From positions 608,001-672,000 of the forward strand of contig CAWKNZ010000007.1 of the NCBI GenBank assembly GCA_963851265.1: a DNA stretch of 64,000 bases, read 5' to 3'. Under the pieces are notes generated by a model. That model did no database searches. It had not been told where the DNA came from and saw only the letters and a program-made list of their open reading frames with translations. The translations under genes and the position numbers were made by a program. Of the stretch, positions 61,308 to 64,000 are shown one piece after another. The DNA is from an uncultured Gemmatimonadales bacterium. Its GTDB lineage: Bacteria; Gemmatimonadota; Gemmatimonadetes; Gemmatimonadales; Gemmatimonadaceae. How positions within the stretch are numbered: position 1 is the stretch's first letter; each line of letters opens with the position of its first letter.

Positions 61308-61808
61308 CTACTCCGGGTGGTACGCGCAGTGCTCGCCGCACCCGAGACGGTAGCGGTTGCGCGCGAACCACCGGTAGAACCGATCCGCACCCGCTCGCAC
61401 ACCCGGCAGCGTGAACATCCACCCCAGCAGCCCCCCGCGCGGTAGCACGTCGATCAGACGCTCGACCGCGGCCGCGCGCTCCCAGGTCTGCCCGCCCGGC
61501 CCGATCACCTGCAACGACTCGAGGTAGTGGCTCGGCGGGATCCACGGAAAGCGCTCGGCCAACCCCGGCATCTGGGACGGCACGATCTCCAGCATGCGCG
61601 ACCGCCGGTCCCACCAGCGGAGCACTCCGACCATCCGCCCGCACACCTTGCAGTGCCCGTCGTACACCACCGTGTACCGCCGACCCTCGCCGACGCCCGA
61701 GTAGCCGGCAGTCGAGTAGAAACCTCCGCCCTCGACCCCGTCCGTCGGAGAGCGCGGCACCCCCTGCACGGTGAAGCGCACCACCGGGTAGCTCGGGGCG
61801 GCACTCAC
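61308..61808 (-). CDS. DCC1-like thiol-disulfide oxidoreductase (DUF393)
   Basis: YDGHCKVC, YRWFARNRY. GTG start overlaps the OsmC stop. Confidence 0.85.
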   Translation of the reverse strand: MSAAPSYPVVRFTVQGVPRSPTDGVEGGGFYSTAGYSGVGEGRRYTVVYDGHCKVCGRMVGVLRWWDRRSRMLEIVPSQMPGLAERFPWIPPSHYLESLQVIGPGGQTWERAAAVERLIDVLPRGGLLGWMFTLPGVRAGADRFYRWFARNRYRLGCGEHCAYHPE

Positions 61809-62230
61809 GCGGCCACCGCGGTCGACGGCGGGGTCGCTGGCGCTCTGCTGCCGGCCGGGCCAGCCGTGCCCGCGATCGTCATCGCCGGCGGACGTTCGAG
61901 CGTCACGTGTACGGGGCACATCGCGGCCACCCGCTTCGCCGCTTCGAGGCGCTCGGCTGGCAGGCTCGGCCATGCGAACGTCAGGTCGAAGCGTCCGACC
62001 CGATGCGGCTTCTCCTCGAACGTCCACTCCACCTCGAGCGTGAGATCGTCCGCGCGCAGGTCGACGTGCTCGCCCCAGGAGGCCAGGATCGAGTACGTGC
62101 ACGCCGCGAGTCCGCTCGCGACCATCTGGAAGGGCGTGAACGGCCGATCCGCCGCCGGCGCGTCCACGGTCAGCGGGCCCGCGCTGGGCTCGTAGCGAAT
62201 GCGGGTCTCGTCGAGCAGGGAGATCTTCAC
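61805..62230 (-). CDS. OsmC family protein
   Basis: TPFQMVASGLAAC and CPVHVTL, the two-cysteine pattern of the family. Confidence 0.85.
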   Translation of the reverse strand: MKISLLDETRIRYEPSAGPLTVDAPAADRPFTPFQMVASGLAACTYSILASWGEHVDLRADDLTLEVEWTFEEKPHRVGRFDLTFAWPSLPAERLEAAKRVAAMCPVHVTLERPPAMTIAGTAGPAGSRAPATPPSTAVAA

Positions 62231-62338
62231 GGGCGCTTCAGTGGCGCTTCACGGGCGCTTCGGGGAAGAGGGCGGCGCGGCGCGCGAGGCCGACGGCCGA
62301 CCGTGCAAGAGGAGGGCCCCGCACATAGGGTTCTGCGC

Positions 62339-62899
62339 ATGCATCCTCCTCTGCAGGAAATCGCGGACCGGCTCGCCCGCTCGCGGGCCGCGGTGCTCGC
62401 CACGTGGGAGTCGATTCCCGGCGACCGCAGGGAACGGCGGCCGGCGCCCGGACGATGGACGCCGGCCGAGGTGCTCGAGCACCTGCGCCTCGTCGAGACG
62501 GGCTCGGCCGCGCTGCTGGCCAAGCGGCTGCAGCGCGCGCGTGAGGCCGGGCTCGGGCCCGAGACCGACCACCGGTCCCGGCTCGACAGCTTCGACGTGC
62601 CCGCGCTCGTGAACCTGCAGCCGTTCGACGCGCCCGAAGCGATGCTGCCCACGCCGGACGTCCGCGCCGCCGACGCGGAGACGGGGCTCCGCGCCTCGCG
62701 CGAAGCGCTCGACCGCGTCATGGCCGACGCGTCGGGGCTGGCGCTCGGCGAGGTCAGGGCGCGGCACCTGCGATTCGGCGAGATCGACTTCTACCAGTGG
62801 CTGCTCTTCATCGCCGGGCACGAGGAGCGGCACCTTCGCCAACTCACCGCGTTGCGCGACGACCTCGCCGCACCCGCGACCCCGACCACCCCCGCATGA
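62339..62899 (+). CDS. DinB family protein
   Basis: WTPAEVLEHL, HLRFG, HEERHLRQL. Confidence 0.88.
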   Translation: MHPPLQEIADRLARSRAAVLATWESIPGDRRERRPAPGRWTPAEVLEHLRLVETGSAALLAKRLQRAREAGLGPETDHRSRLDSFDVPALVNLQPFDAPEAMLPTPDVRAADAETGLRASREALDRVMADASGLALGEVRARHLRFGEIDFYQWLLFIAGHEERHLRQLTALRDDLAAPATPTTPA

Positions 62900-63450
62900 C
62901 GCCCCCAACTCCGTTCGCCACGCTGCCGCCGCGTCCCGATGGGGCCGCGCCCGAGCGCGTGCACGTCGTCGTCGAAACGCCCAAGGGCAGCCGCAACAAG
63001 TTCGACTACGAGCCGCGCCTCGGAGTGTTCGCGCTCAAGAAGGAGATGCCTGCCGGCCACGTGTTCCCGTTCGACTTCGGCTTCATTCCTGGCACGCTGG
63101 GCGGCGACGGCGACCCGCTCGACGTGCTCGTGCTGATGGACGACGCGACGTATCCGGGGGTGCTCGTCGACGCGCGCCTGATCGGCGTATTCGAGGCCGA
63201 CCAGACGGAGCGCGACGGCGCGCGCACGGAGAACGACCGGCTCGTGGCGGTGGCGGCGTGCTCGCGCCGGCACGCGGAGGTCCGGACCCTCGACGACGTG
63301 GGGCGTGCGGCGCTCGACGAGATCGAGCATTTCTTCCGATCGTACAACGAGGAGACGGGCAAGCGGTTCGCGGTCCGCGCGCGCACCGGGCCCGAGCGGG
63401 CCGCCGCGATCCTGGACGAGGGGATCGCGCGGGCGAAGCCCGCGACCTGA
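62896..63450 (+). CDS. ppa: Inorganic pyrophosphatase (family I)
   Basis: ETPKGSRNK, FGFIPGT, DGDPLD, NDRL, HFFRSY. Confidence 0.9.
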   Translation: MTPPTPFATLPPRPDGAAPERVHVVVETPKGSRNKFDYEPRLGVFALKKEMPAGHVFPFDFGFIPGTLGGDGDPLDVLVLMDDATYPGVLVDARLIGVFEADQTERDGARTENDRLVAVAACSRRHAEVRTLDDVGRAALDEIEHFFRSYNEETGKRFAVRARTGPERAAAILDEGIARAKPAT

Positions 63451-63474
63451 CACGCGGCGCGTTCCGCCGGACTG

Positions 63475-64000
63475 CTACGCCGCCGCGTCGAACAGCTCGA
63501 GCTGTGACGGCGCACGCGGGGCGGCGCGGGGCGCCGCGAGGGTGCGCGCGCCGGCGCGACCTGGGACGTGCTCCGGCGTGACCACGAACGGCAGCACGCG
63601 CGCGACCGACACGCGTAGTTTCGCGAGCAGCTCCAGCCGCACGGCGTGCCACGGCCGGAGCGCGAGGATTCGCTCCACCGTGCGGTGGCCGAGTCCGGGC
63701 ACGCGCAGGAGGAGCTCGCGAGGCGCCGTGTTGAGGTCGACCGGGAACCACTCCGGATGGCGGAGAGCCCAGGCGAGCTTCGGGTCGACGTCGGGTGCGA
63801 GGTTCGGCGCGTCGGGCGGCGCGAGCTCGTCGACGCGGAACCCGTACAGCCGCACGAGCCAGTCCGCCTCGTACAGCCGGCGCTCACGCACGGCGGGCGA
63901 CGGAGCGTCGACGAGCAGGCCGCTCGCGCCGTCGACCGGCTGGTAGCTGCCGAAGTAGACGCGCCGCAGCCCCTGCCGCTGGTAGAGCGACGCGGCCGTG
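63475..64000 (-). CDS. Putative DNA modification/repair radical SAM protein, C-terminal part only
   Basis: LRRVYFGSY, RERRLYEADWLVRLYGF, DPKLAWAL, HhH motif LLRVPGLG. The ORF runs off the window end. Confidence 0.82.
   Translation of the reverse strand, partial: TAASLYQRQGLRRVYFGSYQPVDGASGLLVDAPSPAVRERRLYEADWLVRLYGFRVDELAPPDAPNLAPDVDPKLAWALRHPEWFPVDLNTAPRELLLRVPGLGHRTVERILALRPWHAVRLELLAKLRVSVARVLPFVVTPEHVPGRAGARTLAAPRAAPRAPSQLELFDAAA

Overview
Very GC-rich (roughly 74% by eye) bacterial chromosomal window. Gene content and style suggest Gemmatimonadota (inference only). It holds about 55 CDS and two tRNAs (Ala-CGC, Gln-CTG). I saw no rRNA, CRISPR array, integrase or IS. Main blocks: (1) housekeeping/stress genes (rnz, SDR, KGG protein); (2) an accessory stretch after tRNA-Gln (O-acyltransferase, ADP-ribosylglycohydrolase, frameshifted BciA-like divinyl-chlorophyllide reductase, DUF4091/GH123-like protein, M28 peptidase, PEP-CTERM protein); (3) a ~20 kb divergent glycan-biosynthesis cluster (four CgeB-like GTs, GT4, two epimerases, two dehydrogenases, methyltransferase, PRTase/kinase-like fusion, two phosphatases, a circularly permuted GH-A enzyme, UDP-GlcA decarboxylase); (4) DEAD-box helicase, a ferritin-like pair and GntR; (5) a second glycan operon with a eukaryote-type UDP-galactopyranose mutase and a GH1-RmlD fusion; (6) queC/queE, TerC, OsmC, DinB, ppa and a truncated radical-SAM gene. 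The most striking non-gene signal is the heptamer GTTAGGC/GCCTAAC. I found it 32 times by eye, on both strands and in several reading frames. It accounts for nearly all TTA Leu codons and 4 of 5 TAA stops, which points to a DNA-level signal of unknown function. All family calls are from motif recognition, not database searches.
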